In this document: piece after piece, positions 8,363 to 18,776 of the stretch
Layout of the letters: each line of letters starts with the position of its first letter
Position numbering within the stretch: the stretch's first letter is position 1
DNA from: a virus
Taxonomy: Duplodnaviria; Caudoviricetes
Virus record (IMG/VR): IMGVR_UViG_3300027845_000349
Location: 1 to 64,000 of that record
Reading direction: 5' to 3' (one strand)
DNA length: 64,000 nucleotides
Made by a program: the position numbers and the translations under genes
The notes under the pieces: generated by a model
Told to the model about the DNA's origin: nothing
Databases searched by the model: none
The model's input: the letters and a program-made list of their open reading frames with translations, nothing else

Positions 8363-8725
8363 ATGGATCTTAGTGTATTGACTTTTGAAGAATTAAAGGT
8401 ATTAGCCAAAGAAAGTGAGGGTTTTAAATTTCATCCAAGTATAGGAGAAGATAAGCTTAGAGCTAACTTAACACTATACATAGAAGAAAATCCCGGATGT
8501 CTTGATGATACTGAAAAAGAACCTAAAGTCAAACCGGAAATTAAGCCGGAAATTAAGCCGGAAGAAAAACCGGTAAAAGGTATGGTAAAAATTAAATCAA
8601 TCCATAGAGGTGAAATAGCCTCTTCTGTTGGTGTTGTTGATTTTGGAGAAGACGGAATTGTTGAAGTTACAGCAGAACAAGCTGAATTATTTTTAAGCAT
8701 TCCAGAAGGATATGAGAAGTGCTAA
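8363..8725 (+). CDS. Head-module protein with HeH/Rho-N-like N-terminus and KPEI repeats
   Basis: LTFEELKVLAKE...IGEDKLRANL; linker KPEIKPEIKPEEKP. Confidence 0.5.
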   Translation: MDLSVLTFEELKVLAKESEGFKFHPSIGEDKLRANLTLYIEENPGCLDDTEKEPKVKPEIKPEIKPEEKPVKGMVKIKSIHRGEIASSVGVVDFGEDGIVEVTAEQAELFLSIPEGYEKC

Positions 8726-9783
8726 TAGCAACCGGAAGTGGAAGCAATATAATATTAAATATCTCTACAACCGATTCCTATACTCTATCTCGGAAATTAA
8801 ACACCGATGATTGGCAATATTGGGGTGGCTCCAGTTGGGGAGGTGTCCCAGTATTACTTTCTGACACAAATTTTACTGACTATGATCTTTCAGACGGAGT
8901 ATATCAATATAGATATGAGAATGACGAAACCGTTTATTCAAACTGCGTTGTTATAGGATCAGAAAAAGTTGGTTGGACTTTCGATAATTATACAGTTCCT
9001 GATGGACTGTTTGGAGAAGTTTTAACAGCCGATGATATTAAGTACTCATTTATGTGGGGCCAAGATTTCTTAGCTTCAAATGGTGAAGTATGGACAGAAG
9101 AACAAACCAAAAAAATGGTTGAATGGGCAGTAGCTCAAATTGAAAAGAAATTAAATATCGATATTTACTGGAGAGATAATTTTTGTGATGATACAACAAA
9201 TGAAGATATCGAAGAAGAAAAATATGTAAGAAAAGAATTTCCTTATCCTAACAGGAGATCAAGAAGATATACTATAAGATCACGATGGAGACCTATTAGA
9301 GAAGTAACAAGGTTAGATTTCTTCTCTCCAACTGATACTAAAATACTAGATATGTTGCCTTGGTTACGAATAGATAGAAGAAATGGAAAATTTAGAATAT
9401 ATCCAAGACAGGGAGAAATACAAAGTTTTACATCATATTCATATCCTTGGATTAGGATTCTTGATTTATACGATTATCCTGATGCATTTCATATTGATTA
9501 TACAACTGGTTTTAAAAATGCTGAACTTGTCCCAGAAGATTTAAGAGATATTATTGGAAAGATAGCAACTTTAAAAATGTTAAACGTAATAGGTGATGGT
9601 CTTTTGGCTGGATTTTCATCATCTTCTTTATCTTTAGATGGGATGAGTGAATCTTTTAGTTCAACTCAAAGTGCTACTTCTGCCTATTACGGAGCCAGAA
9701 TTAAAGTATACCAAGATGAAATAAATGCCTACATAGAAGAAAACCGTAATAAATACGGAAATTTTAGGATAGGGAGCTTTTAA
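8719..9783 (+). CDS. Head-tail adaptor / neck protein
   Basis: C-terminal SSSSLSLDGMSESFSST..YYGARI motif typical of myovirus adaptors; position. Confidence 0.7.
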   Translation: MLIATGSGSNIILNISTTDSYTLSRKLNTDDWQYWGGSSWGGVPVLLSDTNFTDYDLSDGVYQYRYENDETVYSNCVVIGSEKVGWTFDNYTVPDGLFGEVLTADDIKYSFMWGQDFLASNGEVWTEEQTKKMVEWAVAQIEKKLNIDIYWRDNFCDDTTNEDIEEEKYVRKEFPYPNRRSRRYTIRSRWRPIREVTRLDFFSPTDTKILDMLPWLRIDRRNGKFRIYPRQGEIQSFTSYSYPWIRILDLYDYPDAFHIDYTTGFKNAELVPEDLRDIIGKIATLKMLNVIGDGLLAGFSSSSLSLDGMSESFSSTQSATSAYYGARIKVYQDEINAYIEENRNKYGNFRIGSF

Positions 9784-9829
9784 TGAAGATATTTATTAAT
9801 AGAAACCATATCCGGAAAGCAGGTTAATC

Positions 9830-10906
9830 ATGCCTGGATTAGGAGAAATAACACCTGTAAAGCTTCAACTATCACGGGAAAATTTTAATGCTCTCATAGG
9901 AAGGCATTCTCAGCCTGTAAGATGGCTTGTAGCTGAAAACTGTCCCTGTATAGGATCAAATTTAAAAGTTGATGAAAACTGTTCATTATGTGGTGGTAAA
10001 TCGGTTACTTACTCAAATCCAACACAATCTTTCAGAATTGAAACATTTACAGCTCCCATTGATGGAGTTATTGATCAAGTAAATATAGTATGGGTTAGAG
10101 ATTTTAAAGGAAATGTATATACTGTAACATCTCAAGATTGTGTTTCTTTTGTAACTGGAGTTATAAAAGGGTATCAGTACCAGGTTAAATATATAGAAGA
10201 TTTAACAGAATCAGGATCCGGTACTGCGGAATATGTTGCAGATAAATTTTATAGAATAGATATTCCTACTACAATAGATTTTGGAGAAGTACAGGGGAAT
10301 TTGATCTCTGTTACTGCTTCAACTTCAACAACAGAGTTGATAGTTACAGAAATATTTAGAAATTGTTTTTATATATCAGATACTATTTCTTCTTCAGATA
10401 CTGTAAATGTTGAATATACTTATACAAATCCTTTTGAATTTGCTCTTATACACAATAATTTTTCTAAAGATGATCAGAAATTCTTAACTGATGTAAGTGG
10501 TGATGGCCTAATGGTTTTCCCTCAAAGATGGGAAGTTTACACAGATGATGTGATAATAGCTTTAAATGAAACTCAAGTACAAAAGACAACTTATAGATCT
10601 ACAGGATCTATCGATACTTTACCATCATTTTATCTCAATGAACTTAAGAGTGCTTATTCAATAAGAGATAATGCTAAATATACTTTTACTCCAGAGACAG
10701 ATTTTGTGATATTAAAAGGAAATCAGATCCAATGGATAAATAATACTCCTGATGAGAAAGAACAAATTAGTATGACTTATTCATACAATGTAGCCTATAA
10801 GGTTTTGCAAGATGTTCCAGATCCCAGAACAAGTGAAAGCAATAGATTTCCTAGAAAAGTAGCAATAAAGAAAATTTCCGGATATAACAGCAGAGAGGGA
10901 TTTTAA
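9830..10906 (+). CDS. Neck / head-closure protein
   Basis: CPC...C..CGG motif at the N-terminus; neck position. Confidence 0.6.
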   Translation: MPGLGEITPVKLQLSRENFNALIGRHSQPVRWLVAENCPCIGSNLKVDENCSLCGGKSVTYSNPTQSFRIETFTAPIDGVIDQVNIVWVRDFKGNVYTVTSQDCVSFVTGVIKGYQYQVKYIEDLTESGSGTAEYVADKFYRIDIPTTIDFGEVQGNLISVTASTSTTELIVTEIFRNCFYISDTISSSDTVNVEYTYTNPFEFALIHNNFSKDDQKFLTDVSGDGLMVFPQRWEVYTDDVIIALNETQVQKTTYRSTGSIDTLPSFYLNELKSAYSIRDNAKYTFTPETDFVILKGNQIQWINNTPDEKEQISMTYSYNVAYKVLQDVPDPRTSESNRFPRKVAIKKISGYNSREGF

Positions 10907-10907
10907 T

Positions 10908-11750
10908 ATGATGACATTAAATATAGTTCCTTCAGATCCGGCTTTAGTTGAATTAATTGGTTCTTTAAACTCTATAGGTTCAGGTACTGGGTTAAGAAAT
11001 ACAGAAAGAGCTTTATCCGCAATATCCGGAGCTGTAGCTAGAGGATGGCAAAATTCTGTTGGATCAAATCACAGAATAGAAAGAAAAAAATTGAATCCTT
11101 TTACTCAATCTGTATTTTCTAAAGATGAAGTTGTTCATTGGTTAGAATATGGTTTAGAACCTTATGATATGAAAACAACACATACAAAAGGTAGAAAATC
11201 AAGAATTGTAAAACCCAGAAAAGATAAAAATGGAAGATTTAAAATGTCTTGGACTCAAAAAAGAAAAGATGGTTCAAAATATACAGTAAGAGCCGGGGAT
11301 CCTTATTTAATAATACCATTTAGACATAAAACACAAGGTGGGAAAAAACAGGAAGGTAAAAAATCTCTATCTGATTTATATCCAGAAGTAAAAAGACAGA
11401 TGGGTGGAGAAGATTTTTCAAGAAGTACCGTTAAAAAATCTCCGGAAGTAAGCGGAAAAGTATCTCCAAATTACTGGAGAGAACAAATTGGTAGAGCAAC
11501 ATATTCCTGGGGTTCAAAGTTTGTATTTCCTGATAAGGATGAATTTAAAAACCTTCAGGGTATGGTGGCAATGGGACCTCCAAGTCAAAGCCAATTTATG
11601 ACATTTAGAGTTGTATCTGTAAACTCTCCTCAAGGGTCATGGATGCATCCTGGAATAAAAGCAAGACATTATTTAGAAAATATACTCGATAGAGGGCAAG
11701 AACAGATTAAAGATGCTATAGACTCAGCATTAAAGAGGGATTTAGGATGA
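10908..11750 (+). CDS. Tail-completion / neck protein
   Basis: Basic protein ending in WMHPGIKARH, as in HK97 gp10-like neck proteins. Confidence 0.55.
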   Translation: MMTLNIVPSDPALVELIGSLNSIGSGTGLRNTERALSAISGAVARGWQNSVGSNHRIERKKLNPFTQSVFSKDEVVHWLEYGLEPYDMKTTHTKGRKSRIVKPRKDKNGRFKMSWTQKRKDGSKYTVRAGDPYLIIPFRHKTQGGKKQEGKKSLSDLYPEVKRQMGGEDFSRSTVKKSPEVSGKVSPNYWREQIGRATYSWGSKFVFPDKDEFKNLQGMVAMGPPSQSQFMTFRVVSVNSPQGSWMHPGIKARHYLENILDRGQEQIKDAIDSALKRDLG

Positions 11751-12499
11751 CAATTGCATATAGTTATATTCCAGTAGTGGAAGAAATACTTATTGAAAAA
11801 TTAACTGAATATCTTATGTCTGAATGTAAGTGGGCAGATCAATTCCCTAATTTTCCTCAAGTAAGAATAAATAATGAATTTCCTCTTGTTCCTTTTATGG
11901 CAGCAGAAGAATATTTTACTGATGGATGGTTAGATCTTAATAAAGTATCAGAGACACTTTTTCCATCAGTTACTATAGTTACAAGTCAGGATTCAAAATC
12001 GCCTACACTTTTTGTAAAAATGGCAAGACAAAGATTAAATAAGACCGAATTAGCTGATTTTATTACTCAATCTGAAAGTGAAGGTTATTTGCTGGCACCT
12101 GAAGGACTCACAGAGATTGAAACTTATTTTGAGACAAATGATATCCTTTATGGTTTAAACATCGTATATCAAAGAAGAGATACTGTTAATATAGATATAA
12201 CAACTGATGATCAAACAAATATTAAAAATAGACTTTATGATTTAGTAAGTCTATTCCTTGTAGGCCATGGGAACATTTCTCTTAAAACTGATTCTGATAA
12301 CATGATGGAAATTGTAGAAAGCTCTATAACCGGTAGTAGATCCGGAGTATATAATATTGAATTTGGAAGAGTTTTAAGAGGTGCATCTATTCAGTTTGAA
12401 GTTGATTATAAAATATCTCAAGTTTTCTATAATACAGATGTAGATGTAATAAATGATATTATAATAGATCATACAGTTTCAGTTAAAGGAGTAGATTAA
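11747..12499 (+). CDS. Putative tail terminator
   Basis: 250 aa, immediately before the sheath; assigned by synteny. Confidence 0.5.
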   Translation: MTIAYSYIPVVEEILIEKLTEYLMSECKWADQFPNFPQVRINNEFPLVPFMAAEEYFTDGWLDLNKVSETLFPSVTIVTSQDSKSPTLFVKMARQRLNKTELADFITQSESEGYLLAPEGLTEIETYFETNDILYGLNIVYQRRDTVNIDITTDDQTNIKNRLYDLVSLFLVGHGNISLKTDSDNMMEIVESSITGSRSGVYNIEFGRVLRGASIQFEVDYKISQVFYNTDVDVINDIIIDHTVSVKGVD

Positions 12500-12663
12500 T
12501 GATTAAAGAAAAAGATAGAAAGTTTTCTATTGGTTATTATCTAAAAGATAAAAATCATAAAGTACAGATTAAAAGAATGATGAAGGATCTCTTCAAAGGA
12601 AAACATAAAACTTTGAAAGAGTGGGAAAGAATAGATGAAACAATTAATAAAAGGAGTGTCTAA
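12499..12663 (+). CDS. Small hypothetical protein (54 aa)
   Basis: ATG at 12499 overlaps the previous stop and its TAA overlaps the sheath ATG; SD AAGGAG. Confidence 0.65.
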   Translation: MIKEKDRKFSIGYYLKDKNHKVQIKRMMKDLFKGKHKTLKEWERIDETINKRSV

Positions 12664-14375
12664 TGGGCGTTAATCCTGCTACGTTTTCAAGTGCTGGACA
12701 AATATCACAGCACTATATTCCCGGGGCATATTCTCGAAGGAATTTTATTTCAAATGAAGGTGGTGGAGTATCTTCTGGTAATGTATGTATTCTTGGTCCA
12801 GCAGATCAAGGAGAACCACAAACTCTAATAGTTTTTGATTCTGCTAATGATGCAAGAAGCGAGCTATTAAGTGGAAATGGTCTAGAGGCTATAATTCAAG
12901 CTTTTGCTCCTGGTAATGACCTTACTCCTCAGCAGATAGGTTTTATAAGAGTAAACAACGGTGCTCAGTCTTCAAGGGTATTGCAGTTAAGTGCAGTTGA
13001 CGTTTTTACTCTAACTTCTTTTTCATGGGGAGTTCCTATGAATCAGGTTAGATTAAAATATTCTGCCGGAACTACTGCCGGAACATATAAAATAGAGACT
13101 GAATTCAAAGGTGAAGAATACGAAATTGATAATGTAGAAAAGAAATCATTTGATATTCAGTATACTGGAACTGGTACAGCAGCAGTAATGACTATTGATG
13201 CAACTACTCTTACAACAACAATAACTGCTGGTCCTGGAGGGGAAGACCTTTCAATAACTCTTGCAGATTATCCAACTATAAGTGAGTTAGTTCAATTCAT
13301 TGATAATAATGCTGTGTATGATGCTAATGTATTAACAAGTGTTATAACAGAGTTGTCCGTAGAAATAGATTTTTCAACAGCTCAGGATATACTTGCAGCT
13401 CCTTTTACTGTTAAATCTGATTATCAGGCTATTTATGATGCAATTTCTGCTGCAGATTTTGTTGGTACAGTTACAAAAGATGGAACAATAAGAACAGTTC
13501 CCGATGTTGATGCTGATTTCATATATTTTACAGGTGGTACATCTGGAACAACTACAACCACAGATTATACTAATTCTTTAGAAGTTCTTGAAGAAGAAGA
13601 TTTACAGCTTTTATCAAGTTCTTCAGAAGATGCAGCCGTTCATACTTTGATTAAAAACCATTGTGTTGATATGAACTCTGTTGAAGGCAAAAGAGAAAGA
13701 CAGTTTTATGTTGGTGGAGCAATAGGAGAGAGCGTTTCTGCCACAACTGCAGCAGCAGCAGTTTTAAATTCATCATTTGGTTCTCTTTGTTCCCCTGGGT
13801 ATTATCAATTTAATGATGATGGAGTTGAAACACTTTATTCATCTGCCTATTTAGCTTGTAAACAAGTAGGTATGGTATCAGCTTTAGCTCTTAATAATCC
13901 AACTACATCTAAAACTATGAATATTATTAAATGGGAAACTGATTATAAAAGATCAGAGAAAAATGAACTTATTCAGGGTGGTGTTTTAGTCGGAGCAAAG
14001 GATCAAGATGGAGCTCTAATAACAGTAAGATCATTGACTACATATCAAGGAGCCCTACTTCAGCAGAATGAAGCTTCTATAATGAGAGAGTCTTTATACC
14101 AGAGTGCAGATTTAAGATTAAGAATGGAAAGAGCTCTTATTGGAACTCCAAATCTAGGAGAAGGACAGCTTGCAACAGTTGATGCTATTTTTGAAAGAAC
14201 AATTGCTGACTGGAATGGACTTGGAATTATTGTAGCAAATAATGGGGTTCTTTATACCGGATATACAAGACAAATTGTAGGTGATCAAATTGTAATAGAA
14301 TATAATACATGGAATACAGCACCAACAAACTTTGTATTTATCACACATAATATATCTGTCTTAGTGCAGTCGTAA
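12663..14375 (+). CDS. Tail sheath protein
   Basis: 570 aa; N-terminal HYIPGAYSR and C-terminal APTNFVFIT typical of sheaths; followed by the tube. Confidence 0.9.
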   Translation: MGVNPATFSSAGQISQHYIPGAYSRRNFISNEGGGVSSGNVCILGPADQGEPQTLIVFDSANDARSELLSGNGLEAIIQAFAPGNDLTPQQIGFIRVNNGAQSSRVLQLSAVDVFTLTSFSWGVPMNQVRLKYSAGTTAGTYKIETEFKGEEYEIDNVEKKSFDIQYTGTGTAAVMTIDATTLTTTITAGPGGEDLSITLADYPTISELVQFIDNNAVYDANVLTSVITELSVEIDFSTAQDILAAPFTVKSDYQAIYDAISAADFVGTVTKDGTIRTVPDVDADFIYFTGGTSGTTTTTDYTNSLEVLEEEDLQLLSSSSEDAAVHTLIKNHCVDMNSVEGKRERQFYVGGAIGESVSATTAAAAVLNSSFGSLCSPGYYQFNDDGVETLYSSAYLACKQVGMVSALALNNPTTSKTMNIIKWETDYKRSEKNELIQGGVLVGAKDQDGALITVRSLTTYQGALLQQNEASIMRESLYQSADLRLRMERALIGTPNLGEGQLATVDAIFERTIADWNGLGIIVANNGVLYTGYTRQIVGDQIVIEYNTWNTAPTNFVFITHNISVLVQS

Positions 14376-14388
14376 AGGAGGTTTATAG

Positions 14389-14874
14389 ATGCCACTACCT
14401 AATGCAACCGAACGAATTATACAGCAGGGGTCTTTTTGTAATGTCGTTATTTACGATGAAACAAGTAATAGACAGACTCTTGGACTTGTTCAAAATGCTT
14501 CATACAATGAAGATTTTAATGTTGTTTCAGCATTGGTTATAGGATTTTTTGGTCCTGTATCTAATGATTCACAGAATTATTCTTGTACTCTTTCAATTGG
14601 TACATATGTTCCTCTAGATCCAAGAGAAGACATAACTGTTCCTTATCTTGATGGAGGTGAAACAACAATACAGCAATTGTTAAAAACAAGATCTCAGATT
14701 TCTTTAACAGGAAAAGGTACTGTTTTAAGCCAGATAGACTTTATTGATCTTCAGGCAGGTACAGTATATAATTCCTTTAATCAATGTACAATTTCTACAA
14801 ATGGTGTTTCTATAGGTGCAGCAGCATACGTAACATCAAATATACAAATGATGTGTATTGAAAGAACAATGTAA
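14389..14874 (+). CDS. Tail tube protein
   Basis: 161 aa beta-rich protein (GLVQNASYNEDF) directly after the sheath. Confidence 0.8.
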   Translation: MPLPNATERIIQQGSFCNVVIYDETSNRQTLGLVQNASYNEDFNVVSALVIGFFGPVSNDSQNYSCTLSIGTYVPLDPREDITVPYLDGGETTIQQLLKTRSQISLTGKGTVLSQIDFIDLQAGTVYNSFNQCTISTNGVSIGAAAYVTSNIQMMCIERTM

Positions 14875-14883
14875 GGAGTTTAA

Positions 14884-15258
14884 ATGCTAGGGGAAAATAC
14901 TATTATTAGTAAAATAGCAAAAGGTGAATATCCAGAAAAAGAAGTCGAAACAAAATATGGTAAGTTTACTATAAAATTTCCATCTGGAAGAGACTTTCAA
15001 AAAATAGCTGTTAAGAAAGCAGCTATGTTTGGTGGAATGCCAATGGAGTCATTTGATATTGTTTTTGCAAGGGTAGCAGAAAGAGATTCTGCACTAAGTA
15101 TTATAATAACAAAATATCCAAAAGATTTACCTATCGAATTTCAAGGAGATGATATTATTGATTTCCCTGATGAGGAGGTGAAGAACTCGTTATTTAAAGA
15201 GTTCAATATATTTTACAAAACGACTCAGGACAAAATATCAGGAAAATCTACTAAGTGA
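14884..15258 (+). CDS. Tail assembly chaperone
   Basis: Position between tube and tape measure; 124 aa. Confidence 0.65.
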   Translation: MLGENTIISKIAKGEYPEKEVETKYGKFTIKFPSGRDFQKIAVKKAAMFGGMPMESFDIVFARVAERDSALSIIITKYPKDLPIEFQGDDIIDFPDEEVKNSLFKEFNIFYKTTQDKISGKSTK

Positions 15259-15283
15259 AGTAGAAGAAGATTATGAGTTAGAG

Positions 15284-15556
15284 GTGAGAATGTGGTATTT
15301 GGACAGATTTTCACTGACTCCTTATGATGATAGATATTTAAAACTTTCATTTGAATGGATGGAATATTCTTATCATAGATATATGAATAATATTGACTAT
15401 GGAACAATAAGGAATTTTCATATCAAAAGTAAGATAGAAAAAAGAAAAAAAGATAGTGAGAAAAAAGAGCTTGAGACTCAATTATCAACTTATGGTAATT
15501 TTTCTCCAGTAGAGATGAAAGATGTTTTAAAAGCCTTTGAGGAAGCTAAGAAATGA
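15284..15556 (+). CDS. Second tail assembly chaperone segment (possibly expressed by frameshift)
   Basis: Its frame is open from 15182, overlapping the upstream gene; ATGA overlap with the TMP. Confidence 0.55.
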   Translation: MRMWYLDRFSLTPYDDRYLKLSFEWMEYSYHRYMNNIDYGTIRNFHIKSKIEKRKKDSEKKELETQLSTYGNFSPVEMKDVLKAFEEAKK

Positions 15557-17310
15557 TTGAAACTGGTGTAAATTTATCACTACAAGATAACATGAGTGCA
15601 AGCTCAAGAAGAATATCAGATGAATTGGATGGAATTGCCAGAAGTGCAGATGGTGTAAACTCGGCGTTCGATTCAAGGATTCTTGATGAATATGATAAAA
15701 AATTAACCCAGATCGGTGAATCATACTCAAAATTAAATAATCAAGTCGGAAGACAAGAGCAAGCTCAATCTGCCAGATCACGACAAATTGTAGGACTTAC
15801 TAATGCTGCTGGAACCTCAATTACCTCAGCAGGAAGAGGAGATGTAGCAGGTGCCGGGTTAGCTGCAGGTAAAGGTCTTTCTACCCTTTTAGGTGGTCCT
15901 GCTGCTTTAGTTACCGGAATTGGTCTTGCCGGTGGAGTTGCAACCAACGCTTTAGCAAATCAATATGAAGAAAGAGCAGGTTATTCTAATAAAATAGCTG
16001 CTATGCAGGATAAGTATTTCACAGATATAGATGAGAATACAGAGGCTCTTAGAGGCACAATGCAACAGACTACCGATGCTGTTGCTAAATACGGTAAAAC
16101 ATTTGAAGAAGGTTCAAGGGCTCAAGAACAGTTTATACGAGCTGGAGGAACTGATTTTTCAGGAAGTAGAGCCGGAGCTTATTCTATGGCTTATGGTGCT
16201 GATTTTTCTAATCTTGCTCAATTTGCCGGTACCACTCAGAGATATGGACAGACAGGTGGCCTAGATGTAACAAGAGCCCTAATGAGATCTCAGGGAATAG
16301 CACCTGGACAATTTGAAGAAGTAATGGGAGGAATCCAGGATACATTTTCAGCCTCTCTTTCTAGGGGTATAGTAAGAAGTGTTCAGGATATAGCCAGATC
16401 ACAGGAATTCTTTTCAAGAGCCGGGGTAACTTTTCAGGGAGGACTTGGAGCACAAAGACTTCAGGGTATGAATCAAGCTGTTTCCGGAGCTGCCGGATTA
16501 AATAATCAAAGTGATTTATTTTTATATAGAGCTGCTGCCGGAATTTCTGGTGGTGGACTTCTTGAGACAAGAAAGCTTATGGAACAAGGATTAACTCCTG
16601 AATTGTTTCAAGGATTAATGGGAGAGTTTGATAGATTCGGATATGGGAAAACAGAATCTGTAATGCAATTGTCAAAAATGTTTGGTATTTCTACAACATC
16701 AGCAGAAGAAATGTATAATTTAAGAGGTCAGACTGGATCAAATCAGGCTTTAGAGCAAATGATGGCTGGAGGTATGGCTGAAGGTGTTGGAGCTACAAGA
16801 GAATCTGAATATGTAAGAAATGTTCAAAATATAAAACAAGCTCTTGGTGGAGAACTCGGAGGAAAGGCTTTTGATGTAAGAGCTGGAGCTGTAGGAGTTG
16901 GGGCAGATCTTATTAAAGGATTTCAAAATATGTTTACAAATGTAGATTCTATGAATGTAGATATATTAAAGATAGCCGGTGTAGAAGGAAGAACAAGAGG
17001 TATTGGTCTTGAAAGAGCAGTAACGTTTGAAGATCTAGAATCATCTTTAACCAGGAAACAACGTGGAGTTTCTATAAAATCACCTTTATTAAAACAAATT
17101 GAAGAAGCAATGAGTGGTGGTGTCTCCCAAGAGGCTATAATGAATGCCATGGGAGGTTCTTTACTTGAATTTACAGAAGGTTCAAGTGAAACTGGAAGTA
17201 AAATATCAGGTTCTGAGAGAGCAGTATTAGCTAGATTGTTAGAAGAATTATTAGAAGCAACAAAAAAACAGACAGACGCAATCCTAGAGCCTATAGAGGT
17301 TGAACAGTGA
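15553..17310 (+). CDS. Tape measure protein
   Basis: 585 aa, A/G-rich and helical with a hydrophobic GGPAALVTGIGLAGGVA segment; position. Confidence 0.8.
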   Translation: MIETGVNLSLQDNMSASSRRISDELDGIARSADGVNSAFDSRILDEYDKKLTQIGESYSKLNNQVGRQEQAQSARSRQIVGLTNAAGTSITSAGRGDVAGAGLAAGKGLSTLLGGPAALVTGIGLAGGVATNALANQYEERAGYSNKIAAMQDKYFTDIDENTEALRGTMQQTTDAVAKYGKTFEEGSRAQEQFIRAGGTDFSGSRAGAYSMAYGADFSNLAQFAGTTQRYGQTGGLDVTRALMRSQGIAPGQFEEVMGGIQDTFSASLSRGIVRSVQDIARSQEFFSRAGVTFQGGLGAQRLQGMNQAVSGAAGLNNQSDLFLYRAAAGISGGGLLETRKLMEQGLTPELFQGLMGEFDRFGYGKTESVMQLSKMFGISTTSAEEMYNLRGQTGSNQALEQMMAGGMAEGVGATRESEYVRNVQNIKQALGGELGGKAFDVRAGAVGVGADLIKGFQNMFTNVDSMNVDILKIAGVEGRTRGIGLERAVTFEDLESSLTRKQRGVSIKSPLLKQIEEAMSGGVSQEAIMNAMGGSLLEFTEGSSETGSKISGSERAVLARLLEELLEATKKQTDAILEPIEVEQ

Positions 17311-18776
17311 ATACCTATGTCAGACGGCCACAATGGACTGTAACAATACGAAGGCCAGATTATACTAAATCTACACTTTCATACAAAACAGTACCAGAGT
17401 GGGCTGTTATTGGAGCTCCTGTTAATAGGATTGAGTTCGTATCCAGTAAAGAAAGAGAAAATACTCTTTATGGGTCTACGGATTTAATAGGATATGAATA
17501 TGATAATTCAATCCGTGATATATCTAATCCATTTTCTTTAACCTTAACTCCAATACAGGATAGAAACGGTTTATCCTGGAAAGATAAAATACAGGCAAGA
17601 GATATTGTTTTTATATCTGAGTTCGGAAAAATAAGATATCTAGGTATTGTAAAGAATACCGGATACTCAATGAGTTTAAGTAATGAAAAGCCTACCAGAT
17701 CTGTGGTTATCTCCGGAGAATCTATTGGAGGATTGTTAGAAAGTTTCAATTTGCCAATGAATGCATATCTTTGGTTTGATAAGGGAGCAAATGCAGCAGC
17801 AGAGAATGATAAGTTTATAAGTGCATTGAATTCCAAAGTAAATGAAGACCAAACTTTAGATGGAATTTTTACATCTATAAAGGACGGATTTATAAGTGTA
17901 GCTTTTGGAGCAAATGCAACCGGATTCTCAGCAATATTGAACTCTTTTTTTGATCTTAATACATCCGGCTTAACAGCTTTTTACCCGTTAAATCTAAAAC
18001 CTTATCAAGAGAATTCAAATACATTATGGTCAATATATAGACAAATACTTCCAGATCCAGTATATGAACTATTTGGAATATATAAAGATGGGAAATATAA
18101 TCTTATTGCAAGGGAAACTCCTTTTGATAAAGCCGATTGGAATAGTCTTAATATAACAGATCTTAATCCTTTATATTTGCTAAGTCAAAATATTAACGAT
18201 TCTGATGGAGAAGTATTTACACATTATTATTCTCAGATGCCAAATTCCGCATTATCAGAAAATGAGGTATATGCAAATAACTCTCTTAGCGAAGTTTCAG
18301 TATTTGATGAAGATAAATTACCTATTTATGGATATAGACAGCTTTCAGCTAGTTTCCCTTTCTTTGATATGGATGTAGGAAAAACGTTTACTTCTATAGA
18401 ATTTCTAAAGAACAATTCTATAAGGTTATATACTTGGTATAAAAATAATGTTGAATTCCAGTCTGGAAAAATAACACTAATGACTGTTCCTGATGAAGAA
18501 AATGAATATATAAATGTTGGTGAAAGAATACGATATTTACAGGGAGCAAATAATTCTATTGAATTTTACGTTGAAGGTGTTAAAAGAAAAATGACTTATT
18601 TCCCGGGAATAATGACATCTGAATATTCTGTAACAAGGGGATATGAATACGGAAATGGAAGTGTTACAATAGAAGGAGTTACGGTTGCGACTCCACAAGT
18701 TAAGAAAATTTCACAACTTGGAAGAAAGTTCTTCCAGGTAGAAAAAGATGTATTCCAAGAAGGTGGGAAAGTTTGA
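17307..18776 (+). CDS. Baseplate hub protein
   Basis: 489 aa beta-rich protein after the TMP; synteny. Confidence 0.65.
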   Translation: MNTYVRRPQWTVTIRRPDYTKSTLSYKTVPEWAVIGAPVNRIEFVSSKERENTLYGSTDLIGYEYDNSIRDISNPFSLTLTPIQDRNGLSWKDKIQARDIVFISEFGKIRYLGIVKNTGYSMSLSNEKPTRSVVISGESIGGLLESFNLPMNAYLWFDKGANAAAENDKFISALNSKVNEDQTLDGIFTSIKDGFISVAFGANATGFSAILNSFFDLNTSGLTAFYPLNLKPYQENSNTLWSIYRQILPDPVYELFGIYKDGKYNLIARETPFDKADWNSLNITDLNPLYLLSQNINDSDGEVFTHYYSQMPNSALSENEVYANNSLSEVSVFDEDKLPIYGYRQLSASFPFFDMDVGKTFTSIEFLKNNSIRLYTWYKNNVEFQSGKITLMTVPDEENEYINVGERIRYLQGANNSIEFYVEGVKRKMTYFPGIMTSEYSVTRGYEYGNGSVTIEGVTVATPQVKKISQLGRKFFQVEKDVFQEGGKV

